From NCBI RefSeq assembly GCF_009914755.1, contig NC_060929.1: a DNA stretch of 64,000 nucleotides, one strand, 5' to 3'. A program made the position numbers and the translations under genes. The stretch is from the human T2T-CHM13v2.0 reference genome, Homo sapiens. Under the pieces are notes generated by a model, which was given only the letters and a program-made list of their open reading frames with translations, ran no database searches and was not told the DNA's origin. Positions 13,930 through 27,860 of this stretch are shown here, one piece after another (position 1 is the first letter of the stretch; the number at the start of each line of letters is the position of its first letter).

Positions 13930-15025
13930 ATCTATTTTTTAAGGGCATTTTTCATAACCTTGAAATATAAACAATAAAAATTATGAAGCAATAATTTATT
14001 TTTTTAAAAAAATCCACTTGCCAAACAAACAAGATACTCCTTCCAGGATGTCAGTAATATCAAGATAAAATGCCAGAGAATTTTAGCTCAGTATAGGAAA
14101 TCAAACAGCTAATTTTTAACTTTGATGGAGGAGAAAATTAGATAAATTCTGAAAATTCATCCATTTATTTTTCTCTCTCCATATATGTTAACAACAAGCA
14201 AACACATTAAATCCTTAAATTTGGTTACTAAGTTCACAAATGTCATGGACACAGTGAGGTAATATTTACAGACTGAATACTGATTTACTATCCTTTGAGT
14301 TTATTTCTACATTTCATAGAGTAGATGCTCTTTATAGATAAACTCTTTTGGAAAAAGTCCAGATAACTGGATAATTAACTATTAATATCACTTTTTGAAA
14401 ATTAAATAGTAATATGTTTCTTCCAGGAAAAATTATTTAACAGGTTTTATTCAGACTACTAAGACATATGAAAACCTGACATTAACTCTTTGGTTTTCTA
14501 AAGATTCTCTTCAGGAAAATATGCCATCAGTCTTTCTAAATGTATTCAATTTTATCTCAGCAGTCTTGAGCCTCCATCTACATGATGTTAATATACCTCC
14601 AAACAGCCATTCACATTTCTTAAGGTGATGAAATATGTATTACCTATAATATTCTTAACTAAGTTATTGTAAGGCATATTTATCATGCCACATAATCCTG
14701 GGCGAAAATTGGATATAATAACAATTCCCAAAAATGCCTCTTGACAAAGAGTTGGAATTCAACTTTTTTCTTCTACTGCTAAGGATGTTTGCATCATGTC
14801 TTTGGAAAAATGTATCTCATAATTGCAAAGCCCTAATTCCTGATGCTCCATTAACAATATTACTCAAGATATTGTTGCTGATGTGGCTGCTTATATTATT
14901 CCCAAGTGAATTTGTAGATATTTAGCAATAGCTGAGGCCATCTACAACGTAAATTCCTATCTATGTTACTCCTCTTGAGAATCTACTCTTGGTACATTTA
15001 GCAAAGGAAGACACTTTTAGCAACA

Positions 15026-15718
15026 CAGCAGTCCCCCCTTACCAGCGGTTTCACTTTCCCCAGTTTTAGCTATCAGGGGTCAATCATGTTTTGAAAAATA
15101 TTAAATAAAAGTTATAGAAATAATAACTTTGAAATTGTGTACCATAACGTGATAAATTCTCAGGTTGTCCATCCTACTCCCTGTTTTCTTTATCACAAAA
15201 AGAAAAGTAGATAATAATAAGGTATTTCAAGAGAAAGAGAGACCACATTCACATAACTTTTACTACAGTATATTGTTATAATAATTCTATTATTAGTTAT
15301 GTTCATATAATTATTAGTAAAAGGAATATAATTATATTCCTATATAATTATAGAAGTATACTACTCCTATACATAATATATTAGTATAACTAATATAATT
15401 CTATTATCATTAGTAGTGTTAGTTTAACTAATAAACTAATAGAATTATTAAACTAATATAATTAGCCTATTAGTTTAATACTACTCCCATAATGAGTATA
15501 TTAGTTTAAACAAATACTACTACTATAATAATTAGTAGTAGTTTAACTAATAAACTACTATAATTATTAGTTAAATTTCACTATGCCTAATTTTTAAATT
15601 ACAGTCTATTATAAGTATGTATGTGTAGGAAAAATAGTACATGTTTACTATCCACTGTTTCAGGCATCAACTGGGGGTCTTAATACATATCTTTTTACAG
15701 ATAAGGGTGGAGCTACAG
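15026..15718 (+). mobile_element. MER44/Tigger7-type DNA transposon with internal AT-rich expansion
   Basis: Terminal inverted repeats CAGCAGTCCCCCCTTA... and ...GATAAGGGTGGAGCTACAG; internal CAGGCATCAACTGGGGGTCTT motif. Confidence 0.75.
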
Positions 15719-16302
15719 TTACCTTCCAAAAGGTAGTATTGCCACTGCCATTGTTGCCTGCTAATGTAAATTCCAAAGAAGTAGATGATTTTGGGAAGGG
15801 CAGAAAATAAAAATTTTCATCAATATTAATGATTTTGCCATTAATGCAGATTACCATTGCCATAGTCTGAGAAGTGACATGAAACTTGAGATTGCTAGAG
15901 CTCATAGGACAGTAGAACAGTGAAGACATTGAGGTTTAAAGTGTTAATGTTATGAAGATAGCTAAAAACAGGACTTGATCAGTATAATCCTCTACCTAAC
16001 ACAACTTGGAATGGGGCAGAGAGTAAAGAAATGGACCTCGGTAAGGACGTGCATGAGCACTAAGAGATAGTGCTTGATGCAAGAGCAATAATAACAACAA
16101 TAACCACAACAAAGGTATATTATTGGGAGCATTAGAGAAGAACAACAGAAAACTAAAAATGTTGTGGATGTTACCTCCAAGCAAGAAAATGGGACTAGGG
16201 ACACAGGCCCTTTTTGTTTTTTGCTTGCACATTCTGTAATTAGAAAATGTTATTTTATAGACACACATATCAAATAATAGGAGATTGTTTGATTTTTATT
16301 AT

Positions 16303-16612
16303 GCTTATTATGGTGGAGGCTTCATAAATTAGATTGGTGCCCTTAAAAATGACTCTTGAGAGCTCTTTCTGTCCACCATGTGAAGCTGCATTGAGAAGGC
16401 AGCAGTCTGAAACCCAAGAGAGCTCTCTCACCAGAACCCAATTATGCTGGCACTCTGCTGTTGGACTTCCAGCCTCCAGAACTGTGAGATGTGCATTCCG
16501 TTATTTAAAAGCCACTCAGGTTATGGAACTTTATTAAAGCAGCCTGAACCGCTGAAGATGGAAATTGATCATGAGAAGTGGGAGTGCTGTTATTATAAAT
16601 ACCTAAAACAAA
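16303..16612 (+). repeat. Exact 310-bp copy of 17452-17761 (part of an MLT1 LTR plus start of internal region)
   Basis: Identical base for base by eye; offset 1149; ORF-track translations at 16334 and 17483 are identical. Confidence 0.95.
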
Positions 16613-17335
16613 TTCTATCATTTAGAATGATAGAAGCTGGATTAAAACAACTTTAAAACAAGCATTTGTACTGCATTGACATCTCTATACAAGTTGCTGT
16701 CATACTAGTTGAGAAGAGCTTGGGGACCTGGACTTGGGAGATTTAATGGACCGATAAAATTACTCAGAGGGGTAACCTTATAAAGAATTCTGAAACCAAG
16801 AATTTGGAAGTCTAAGAAAAGAAGGGACAACAATGCAAGTTGTCCAACCAAAACCTCTCTTCCCTACTTTCTTGTTTCTGAATGCCATTTTTGTTTGAAA
16901 GAGCAATGTGTCCTGCCAAATAACTACAATGCCCAGTCTCCTTGCCCTTGTGGCTGGTGACATGTTATAGTCCTGTAGAAAGATACGTGGGCTGAAGTTC
17001 TTGAAAAGGACACTTTGTTCTTCAACTTCTCCCTTCCTGCCCTGATATAAAAACATGATAACACACTACTTATTACTCTAAATATGCATAACTTTTATAT
17101 GCACTAGGAAGTGTATATATCAATACTTAGAGATACAATTTCAGAAATGGTCAAATTAAAGAAAACAAGTTAAAAGTTTACAAGTTCTTATAATAATTAT
17201 AGAGGCAAGATAAATTACAGATTCAATTTTTTAAACTAGTAATTTAATTAATCACATCATGGATAATGTTTAGAGCTAAAATTTATTCTGTATTTACATA
17301 ATCAATATTGTAATTAAAAACCACTGAGTATTTTT

Positions 17336-19578
17336 TGTTGCAACTGAATGTTGTGTCCCCTCAAAATTCATGTGATGAAAACTTAACCTTCAGTATGATG
17401 GTAGCAGGACCTATAAGCTGCATATTTATAATGAACTTTGGGAAGTAATTAGCTTATTATGGTGGAGGCTTCATAAATTAGATTGGTGCCCTTAAAAATG
17501 ACTCTTGAGAGCTCTTTCTGTCCACCATGTGAAGCTGCATTGAGAAGGCAGCAGTCTGAAACCCAAGAGAGCTCTCTCACCAGAACCCAATTATGCTGGC
17601 ACTCTGCTGTTGGACTTCCAGCCTCCAGAACTGTGAGATGTGCATTCCGTTATTTAAAAGCCACTCAGGTTATGGAACTTTATTAAAGCAGCCTGAACCG
17701 CTGAAGATGGAAATTGATCATGAGAAGTGGGAGTGCTGTTATTATAAATACCTAAAACAAAGTGAAAATGGTTTTGGGCTCAGTGATTGGCAGAGATTGA
17801 TGAGGTTTTATGCAAAATGCTAGATTACTGTGGAAGAAATTTAAAAGCCAATTCTCGTGAGGGCTCGGAAAGAAATATAGAAGAAAACGCTGTCTTCTCA
17901 GAAAATAATTAAATAATCATGAACAGAATATTGATAAAATATGGACAGTAAAGGTCATTCTGTTGGAGTCTCAAATGGAAATGAAAATGTTATTGGAAAA
18001 TGGAGCAAAAGCAATCCATGTTGAAAAGTGGAAACAAACTTCTTTGAATTGTATTCATGCTCTTGTGTTTTGCGGAAGGTGGAACTTGTGTGCAGTGAAA
18101 TTGGACATTTAACCCAGCAGATTTCTCAGCAACATGTAGAAGCAGCAGCTTGGTTCCTTCTGAATCCGTAGAGTCAAATGTAGAAAAAGAAAAAGGTTTG
18201 AAGATGGAATTGTTAAGGAAAAAGTAACCATAATTTAAGATCTGGGAAATTCTCAGCCTGTCCATATTGCAAAAAAAGTGAGAAAGTGTGTTCTGAAGAG
18301 AACATGAAGAGTGTTTCGGACCCTTACTGATTTGATTAATATGGGTGTGAACCACAGGCTTAATCAAACATCTCAACACAAACCATGACTAGAAATGGGA
18401 TTATACCAGGAGAAACACTGCCAGTTGGGACTAAAGGAAACAGAGATAATGGGACGAAATAAAGGAAGACATTCGGAATGCTTAAGCCCTACAGGCCCGG
18501 ACCCGAGAGCTATTCAGTTGTGGATGTGTGCTATTCTCTCCTTCAAAATTACGGAAGAAGGGGCGCAAAGGGGATTTGGAGACAATTACAGCTGCTGCTT
18601 TTACCAAAAATCCAGAGGGTATGGCAAGGTGGGCCAAGGTTGCCTCCATTTTGATTTCAAAGGACAGAAATGATGCTCAGAGGAGCTGTGTGGGAGGGCC
18701 ATCCAGTGAAGCCCTGGGTGAGTGACCTCAGCCCTGACAAAAGACTGTGCCATAAGTGGGTCCAGTGCATAGAGTCAGCAGCGAGCAGTGCCTCACTGAG
18801 CTGTCGGGGACTGTCTGGAAGGTGAGTCATCAAGCCAAAGAGGATGCTTCTTGAACCTTAGGGTTTGATGGAGTTTGCCCTGTTAGGTTTTAGATTTACT
18901 TGGGATCCAGCATTCATATATTTTATTTTTTTCGAATAGTGGTTCTTTTTGGAATGGGAATGTTTATCCTATGCCTGTCTCACCATTGTATTTTGAGAGT
19001 TCATGTTGTTTGATTCCACAGGTTCACAGATGAAGAGAAATTTTGTGAGAATGAACTGTACCGTGAAGCTCACCTGCATCTGATTTAGGTAATATTTAAA
19101 TAAGACCTTGGACTTTAGACTGGACTTGAGGCTGGAATGAGTTAAGATTTGTGGATTTGTTGGAATGGAATGACTGCATTTTGCATGTGAAGACATGAAT
19201 TTTGGGGAACCTGGGGCAGAATGTTACGGACTGAATTTTTAAAGTGTACCCTCAAAATCTGTATATTGAAATCGTAACTGTCAATGTAATGGTATTAGTA
19301 GTGGGACCTTCAGGAGGTAATTAGGTTGTCATAGTAGAGGCCTCATGAATAGGCTTAGTGTTCTTATAAAAGGGACCTAAGAGAGCTCTCACTTCTTTCC
19401 CCATGTGCTTATACAAAAACCCAACAGTCTGCAACCGCAAAAGGGCCCTCCCCAAAACCAGAACATCCTGGCACTCTGACTTTGGACTTCCAACCCCTAG
19501 AACAGTAAGAAATACTTTTTTTGTTATTTGTAAGCCACTCAATCTATGGTATTTTGTATAGCAGCCCAAACTAAGACA
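17336..19578 (+). mobile_element. MLT1A-type MaLR element: LTR 17336-~17709, internal region, LTR 19222-19578
   Basis: Two diverged LTRs (TGTT..ACTGAAT...CCCTCAAAAT...CTAAGACA) and a polypurine tract TTTGGGGAACCTGGGGCAGAA before the 3' LTR. Confidence 0.8.
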
Positions 19579-19799
19579 CTCCTCTACACTACAGTGTACA
19601 CCACATTCTTCTGCCTCTTGGTATGCTTCAGTCACATTGAACTATATTTTGTTTACTAAACATGGCAAATTTATTACTGCACTATGGTTTTGCCATATAA
19701 TTTTTCCTGTCTTTTCAAACAGAAATTATTTCACAGCATACGCAGCTATAGGCAATTATCTAGCTTATGTATAAAATTACTTTCCTGATATTTGTCTCA

Positions 19800-20160
19800 T
19801 TTTTTGTTTTTAAATGTTTTAAATAAACAAATAATAATTGTTTTGAGGGGTACAGTATTATGTCTTCGTATATATTTATATTGTGGAATGATTAAATCAA
19901 GCTGCTTAACACATCTCTTATGTCACATATTTATCTTTTTGTTGTGAGAACACTGAAAATAGACTTTTTAGCAATCGAAAAAAGGCAAACCCTTAAAAGT
20001 AGAGAGTAGAATGCTAGTTAATGCTGGAGGCAAGGGATAGGGAATGGGGAGATGTTGTTCACAGGGTACAGTTTCAGTTAGACACAAAGATTGAGTTTTA
20101 GAGATTGACTTTATAGCAGAGTGACTATATTTAAAAATGACTTCTTGTACATTTCAAATT
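19800..20160 (-). mobile_element. 5'-truncated L1MA-type element with internal inversion (minus 19800-19975, plus 19978-20160)
   Basis: Two adjacent pieces of the L1MA 3'UTR in opposite orientation. Confidence 0.7.
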
Positions 20161-21769
20161 TTCTATTTAAAATACACGTAGTATCTGTATTCCCAGTTCT
20201 TAAAACATGACCTATTAAATAACAGATTTGCAAGACTGAATGATTTTTTTTTACCTTGTCCTGATCTCTAGATTTTTTTTAAACTTTATCTCATTAATTG
20301 CTAATTCTCTCTTTATGAATGTTAAATACTTAAAATAGCACCAAACATAACAAAACAAAACAAAAACAAAATTTGTTTTTTATTTCAAATGGCATGTTCC
20401 ATTGCGTTCTAAGACTGGACTGTCTTGGAGATAAAGGAGACTTCATTATTTTATGTAATATTCCTTTGAGAAATCCTGAGCTTTGTGCAAAAATGACATA
20501 CTTCATTTTTTTTTTGCATAATTTTGTCACTCCATAGAGCCCAGATCGAGTTCCTAAGTTCTCACTAAGGCACATGGGTCTAATTCCATTACATTTTTGG
20601 CCTGTGTCAATTAATTTTCTTTTCTCAGATAATAAATTTACACTCCTATTCCACTTCTGAGCAGTTAGACATTTTCAGCATGGAACATTCTATTAAAATG
20701 AAATGGCAAATTGCCTTGTAGCACACACATTTTCAAAGAATGTTTTGTCTGATAATGTAGTTCTTATGAGTTTCTTTCCAAAGTAATCCATTTACACAAA
20801 ATACATTATTAATTTTGTGCATTTACAAACTACACATAATTTCAAAGTGATGTCATTGTTCCACAAATACATCTAGGTTTCAAAGTGATTGATTAAATTC
20901 TGTTTAAAATTTTGCACAGAAGTGCAGTATATAATCACATTTTATATCCCTCTGTGCAGGATATAGTTTTCTAAATCATACTCCGTTGTCAGGAGCATGT
21001 TCATCTTCCATACAGAACACACTGACTGAAAATAAGATCAAGTCTACACATTTGGGATATAAATTTTTGAGATTACTGCTCTTGGTATAATATATCTCTC
21101 TTGTACTTGAGCCTCTAGATCTTGCTGTTTTTAACACTTTTGTGCTCGCAAGATTTACGCTTCTGTATACTTTGTTTATATTCAGCAGCTAAGTATATTT
21201 TGTCCTGTTATCATGACTCAACCTGTGATTTGTTTCAAAAGTACAAGTAAGATTTTAAACATAATTATAGTGTAATCTCTTTAAATTTTGCTGCATTATC
21301 ACTCAGAATGAGAAAAATATAAATTAAAAGTGTGTGCACATGTATACACATTGTTCAATATACAAACTTAGGTATCATGTTAGATTCATCACGATTTGAA
21401 AATGAAATCTGATTATAATACTTGCAAGATGACTTACAAGTTAATATTTATATGTACACTTACAATTTTTATAATTTTTAAAACCATCCAATATGTTAGT
21501 TTTCTTTGATTTCTAATGATAACAGTAGAAATATCTGGCCCTGGTTATCACATCTGGTTGTTATGATCAATAGAAACGATATATGCAAAAGCAAATACAT
21601 TTTAAAACTTTTTAATATTAATTTTTATTGTTACATATTCTGAATAATGCAGTTTTATAGTTATTATTATAACATGACACAAATGGTAGAGATTTTGATG
21701 CCTACATTTTTAATAAAAATGTTCAAAACCATATTTCACAAGATGTATCATGCTGTAAGGTTGCAACAG

Positions 21770-21969
21770 CCCTCTCAAATAGAGTTCTGCCTTTCTCTTG
21801 CCATTTAAACTAATGCTATCTGAGAGTGCAACAGAAGGCCCTCATTACATGCTGGTATCTTGATCATTGACTTCCTTGCCTACAGAACTATCAGAAAATA
21901 ATTTTCTATTTTTTATAAATTACCCAGTCTCAGGTATTTTGTTACAGCAGCACAAAACAGACTAAGACA
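21770..21969 (+). mobile_element. 3' part of an MST/MLT1 LTR
   Basis: AATTACCCAGTCTCAGGTATTTTGTTACAGCAGCACAAAACAGACTAAGACA terminus. Confidence 0.75.
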
Positions 21970-21984
21970 TAAAGTGTAAAATTA

Positions 21985-23166
21985 TCCTTCCATATTGCTG
22001 CAAGTGAAATGATGTTATTTTTTATAGCTGTGTAGTATTCATTGTGCGTGTATGTGTGTGTATATATGTATATATGTATATCACATCATTTTCTTTATCC
22101 AGTTATTTGTTGATGGACACATGTTGATTCAATATCTTTGGTATTATGAATATTGCTGCTATAAATAAATGAGTGCAAATATCTTTTCTGGTATAATGAT
22201 ATTTTTTCTTTTGGGTATACACCCAGTATAGGATTGATAGAGTGAATTGTGGCTCTTTAATACTTGAAAAAATTTTCATACTGTTTTAATAGAGGTGGGA
22301 CAAATTTACATTCCTTCTAATTATACTATAAGGCTATAGTAACAAAAACAATATGATAGTGATATAAAAATGGACACAATACTCAATAGAGCAAAATAGA
22401 AATTCCAGGAATAAAGTGACAAAGGCACTTTGTCACTTTATTAGTGGATATTTATAAAGGGACCTACCTACAGTCAATGGATGTTTGACAACATTGAAAA
22501 AAACATACACTGGGAAAAGGATATCCCCTTCAATAAATAGTGCAGGGAAAATTGGAAAGCCACATGCAGAGGAATAAAACTGGGCCCCTATCTGTTGCCA
22601 TCCACAAAATTAACTCAGGATGAATTGAAGAATTAAATATAATACCTGAAGATATAAAAGTACTCATAGAATACCTGGAAAAACTCTTCTAGACATTGGC
22701 CTTGGCAAAAAATTTGTGACTAAGACCTCAAAAGCAAATTTAGCAAAAACAAAAGTAGACAAATGGGACTTAATTAAACAAAAAAGTTTCTGCACAGCAA
22801 AAGAAATAACTGAGAAAACAGATAACCTGAAGAATGTGAGAAAATATTTGCAAACTATGCATCCAACTAAGTACTAATATCCAGAATCGACAAGAAATTC
22901 AAACAACTCAACAACAACAACAAAATAGATAACCCCATTAAAAAATGGACAAAGTACATAAACAGGCATTTCTCAAAAGAAGACATACAAGTGGACAGCA
23001 AACATATGAAATAATGCTCAGTCTCATCATCAGAGAAATAAAAATTAAAACCACAACGAAATGTCACCTTATACTAGTCAGAATGGCTAGTTTTTAAAAG
23101 TCACAACACATCAGGTATTGATGAGAATGCAGAGAGAAGTGAGTGAATCCTTATATAGTATAGGTG
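21985..23166. mobile_element. L1 (L1PB/L1MA-type) ORF2 end in two oppositely oriented pieces (minus 21985-22315, plus 22316-23166)
   Basis: L1 ORF2 motifs such as TTTCTGCACAGCAAAAGAAA and TTCTCAAAAGAAGACATACAAGTGG. Confidence 0.85.
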
Positions 23167-23577
23167 ACATTTTTATTTATAGAATATCAAAATAGTTACT
23201 TAAAATTCATTTGAATTATAAAATATTAAAATGTAGATTTATGAATACTTTGTACTTTCTAAAAGTTTAACCACAATAAAAATCCAAACTACCACTGTTG
23301 TGTCCATAATAATTCATAATTGTATGTGATGATGTTGAGAAATCTTCCTAAATATTAGGATGAGTCCCTCATTTATTTTAATGAAAATATCATTCTTAAA
23401 AGCATGTCAAGGAATATAGCTCAATAATTCAACAAATAACATTTGCAAATTGATAATCCATGGTTCAAAGATGTCAAGATGAACTCAAAGTCTACAGGGA
23501 TACCCTTTTGATTCAAGGAAATAATGTTACCCTAAATGAGAGAAGATAGGGAAGACCATGTCAAATGAATCACTTTT

Positions 23578-23955
23578 TGATGTGGTTTGGCTGTGTCCCC
23601 ACCCAGATCTCATTTTGAATTTTAGTTCTCATAATCCCCATGTGTCATGGGAGGCACCTGGTGGGAGGTAATTGAATCATGAGGGCGGTTACCCTCCGTG
23701 CTGTTCTTGTGATAGTGAGTGAGTCTCACAAGATCTGATGGTTTTATAAGGGGATTCCACATTTGCTCGGCTGTCATTCTTCTCCTTCCTGCTGCCATGT
23801 GAAGAAGGACTTGATTGCTTCCCCTTCCACCATGATTGTAAGTTTCCTGAATGTTCCCCAGCCGTACGGAACTGTTAGTCCATTAAAGTTCTTTTCCTTA
23901 TAAATTACCCAGTCTCGGGTATTTCTTCATAGCAGCATGAGAACAGACTAATACA
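23578..23955 (+). mobile_element. THE1-type solo LTR
   Basis: TGATGTGGTTTGGCTGTGTCCCCACCC...AGACTAATACA; CACTT on both flanks. Confidence 0.92.
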
Positions 23956-23964
23956 CACTTCAAT

Positions 23965-24968
23965 ATTGATTTACATTTCTATGATCATCAGTGATCTTGA
24001 GTATTTTTTAATGTTTGTTGGCAACCTGCATGTCTTCTTTTGATAAATGTTTGTTTATGTCATTTGCCTACTTTGTAATGACATAATGTGTTTATTATTT
24101 ATTGGGTTCCATGTAGATTCTGGATATTAGTACTTCGTTAGATGCATAATTTGTGAATATTTTCTCCTGTTCTGTAGGTTGCCTGTTTACTCTGTTGATT
24201 ATTTCCTTTGCTGTGCAGAAGATTTTTAGTTTACTTAGGTCCCATTTGCCTATTATTATTTTTGTTTCATTTGCTTCTGATGACTTAGTCATAAATTCTT
24301 TGTCAAGGCTGATATTCAGTAAAGTTTTCCTAGGTTTTCTTCTAGGAATTGTATAGGTTTTTACATTTGAGTATTTAATCAATCTTGAGTTAATTTTTAT
24401 ATATGGTGAGATATAGGAATCCAGTTTTACTCTTGTGTATACGGATATCCATTTTTTCTAGTACAATTTATTGAAAAAGGTATCCTTTCCACATTGTTTA
24501 TTTGTGCACGCTTTGTTGAAGATTAGTTGGTTGTAGGTATGTGGCTTTATTTCTTGGTTCTCTATTTAATTTTATTAAACTATGTATCTGTTTTTGTATT
24601 GGTACCATGCTGTTCTTGTTACTATAGGTTTGTAGTATAATTTGAAATGGGGTGAAGTGCTGACTCCAGCTTTGTTCTTTTTGCTTAGAATTGCTTTGGC
24701 TATCTGGGTCATTTTTTCAATTCAGAATTTCATATACACTTTGGGATTGTTGTTTTCTAATTCTGTGAAAAATGACATTGGTAGTTTGATAGAAATTGCA
24801 CTGAATCTTTAGATTGCTTTGGACACCATGGTCATTTTTAATTTTTTTTAATCCATGAACATGGGATATTTTTCCATTAGTTTGTTTTATTTCAGGTTTC
24901 TTCCACCCATCTTTTGTAGTTCTTATTGTAGAAATATTTTACCTCCTTGGTTAAACGTATTTCTCAGT

Positions 24969-25006
<38 letters not shown>

Positions 25007-25185
25007 TATTGTAAATGAGATTGAGTTCTTGATTTTGTTCTCAGCTTGAATATTATTGCTATATAGAAATACTACTGACTATTGGACATTGACTTTGTAT
25101 TCTGAAACTTTATTGCAGTCATTTGCCAAGTCTAGGAGTCTTTCAGAGTCTTTAGGGTTTTCTTTGTATAAGACCATGCCATCTC
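23965..25185 (-). mobile_element. L1 ORF2 fragment with internal (TG)n at ~24971-25005
   Basis: ORF 24095-24382 translates to L1 ORF2p-like [29 protein letters not shown]. Confidence 0.9.
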
Positions 25186-27570
25186 TTAATGTAACTTCTA
25201 TCCCAACTTTTGTGGTAATTTTTTTCTTGCATTTTTCATAATTTTATTTTCTAATTTGTTTATCCAGAAATACCATTTAGTTCTGTTTGGTATTAGACTT
25301 GAAAACAGTGCAAATTTTCTTTCTTAATAAATAATGAAAATAAATTTCGTTTTTGAAATTCATCCATGTTTTTGCTTAGTTCATTCATTTTTACTGATGT
25401 ATTGAGTAGTCTTAAGTTACCAATTTCATTTTTAATAGTTATGCTTTTTCCAAAAATTTTATAATAATTAGTAGTTTTATCATGACTATTCCTATATACA
25501 TATTCATATAAATGCATAACCAAGAGTGCAATTGCTCATTTGGAGGGCATGCCATCTTTAGCACTATGACTATTAAATAAATTGTTTGCATTGATTAAGA
25601 GAGTGATATTCCACATCATCACCAGGACTGTGGATTGTCAGACATTTTAAGTAACTGTGGCTCCCCATACAGGATAACTTGGTTAAACTTGCTATTCACT
25701 TGGCATCCCTAGCATTATATTATTGTCATCATAAGAATGGAACCCAAAGTTCTGGAGTTTTTAATCAATTATTAAACAACAATTAATCGAATAGCGTGTA
25801 AGTTCCTAACCTTGTGCTAGCCGTTGTCCTACGTTTGTGATAAGAATAGATAAAGTGCCCTTCTACCTAGCAGTTTAGACAATAAACAAGGAGAAAAGAA
25901 ATTAAATGTGTATTGTATGATAGCAGGTTAGTGATAATCACTAATAATCCAATGAGTTTATATGATACCAAAATATTGATTAGATCAGGAAATCACTGCT
26001 AAAGAGGAAACATTATTTATCAGTATGTTTATAACAGATGGAGCAATGAGTATAAAAGTCATGTGTTAGGGTATGCAAGATGATGATATAGAGCAGAGTA
26101 ATCAAGGCAAAGGATAATGGTAGGTGGAGAAGCCAGCTTATAGTTCTGAGCAAGATTATATCTTTAGCTTTTATTAGGCATGTAAATGAAATACTTTTGA
26201 GATTTTCAGCTGGAAAAATGAAACTAATGTGAAATGCATTATATTGCCAGAGATGACTTCCATTGCCTGGTGGGGAAGAGACTGGAGGAAGGATGGATAA
26301 TGGCAGCACACAGATGCTGCTGAGAAGCTATTTTAGTAGTTCATGTAAGAGACAATTGTCAAATTTGCAATAAACTTCCAGGTGAAATGGAATTGACTTT
26401 CTAATGGCTTGGAATGGTGTATATAAAACAGCTGGTAATGACTCCATGTTTTGAAGCTTTAGAAAATAGATTAATAATGGCTCAAATTACTGAGTGAAAA
26501 ATTACTGGGAAAGAAGCAGGATTGGCAGGATGCAGATAAAGAATTCTCTTTTACTTACTAAGGTTGAGATGCCTATTTGATATTCAAGGCAGTCGCAAAT
26601 GAGATGAGTGTTCAGGAATGAGATATCAGCTAAAGATATAAATTTTAGTCTTGTGCCCATATCTTAGCTGCAAGGAAGGATTTTATGAACTGCTGGTGAG
26701 ACTGTAAATCAGTGCAATCAACGTAGACAAAGAAATAAATGCATACACCATGTCATCTTGTAATAACTCCCAACCCCCAACACCTAAAGAAGAGACTGTG
26801 TGTTTAAGTTGGGAGTGTATTGTGGAGTAAGAATAAGAAACAGGATGGGTGCTATAGGGAGAGAGAGTAAAATCTAGAACACATTATTAAGTTAGGTGAT
26901 GGAATACTATATGACCATTCACTGAAGTGAAACAACGGGGGAAATATGTATCCATCAGCTCTAGGAGTTCCATTTTTCAAGCATAGCCTCATGGATGCTA
27001 ACTTCTCGATGTGTCTAGACAGTGCATTTATGAGTAACAAGCAAAATGCCTACAACAATCCACACAACATTGTCTGAGAAATCCCACAGCAGAAAGTGAA
27101 TTCTTGCTCTGGTCTGAAGCCACATACTATCACTTCCATCTTTATGAAACTGACCAAAGTCTACATAAAAATAGTAACCAAGGCTCTGACTGGAACAAGA
27201 GGTAATGCTGAGAGGGTCTGCAGTGATGTAAGATCCAATACACCCTATGATTTTTAAATTTTGTTCCTGGGTTTATAGCCTAGAGAAACTCTGACATATA
27301 TATGTGTATATATATATACATTCATATATATACACATTTAATATATATATACACACATACACATTCATAGCAGCTTTTTGTTGAAATAGCAAAAAATGAG
27401 AAAAAAACTAAATGGCAATATAATGAACAAAAGGGAGCTGTGTTTTGATATTTTTATATAGTACAATGCTAAACAGCATTTAAAATAATTGATAAGAATT
27501 ATATGGGCCAACATAGATGGACATCATCAATGTCATATAAAACAAAATAAAGCAGAAGGTAGATAGACAC

Positions 27571-27860
27571 TTTTTTTTTGAGTCGGAGTTTTTGCTCTGT
27601 TGTCCAGGCTGGAGTGCAGTGGCGTGGTCTTGGCTCACCGCAACCTCCGCCTCCCGGGTTCAAGCAATTCTCCTGCCTCAGCCTCCTGAGTAGCTCGGAT
27701 TACAGGCACCCTCCACCACGCCTGGCTAACTTTTGTATTTTTAGTAGAGACAGGGTTTCACCATGTCGGCCAGGCTGGTCTTGAACGCCTGACCTCAGGT
27801 GATCCACCCACTTAGGCCTCCCAAAGTGCTGGGATTACAGGCATGAACCACCACGCCCTG
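27571..27860 (-). mobile_element. Alu (AluS-like)
   Basis: Antisense dimer; target-site duplication GATAGACAC. Confidence 0.95.
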
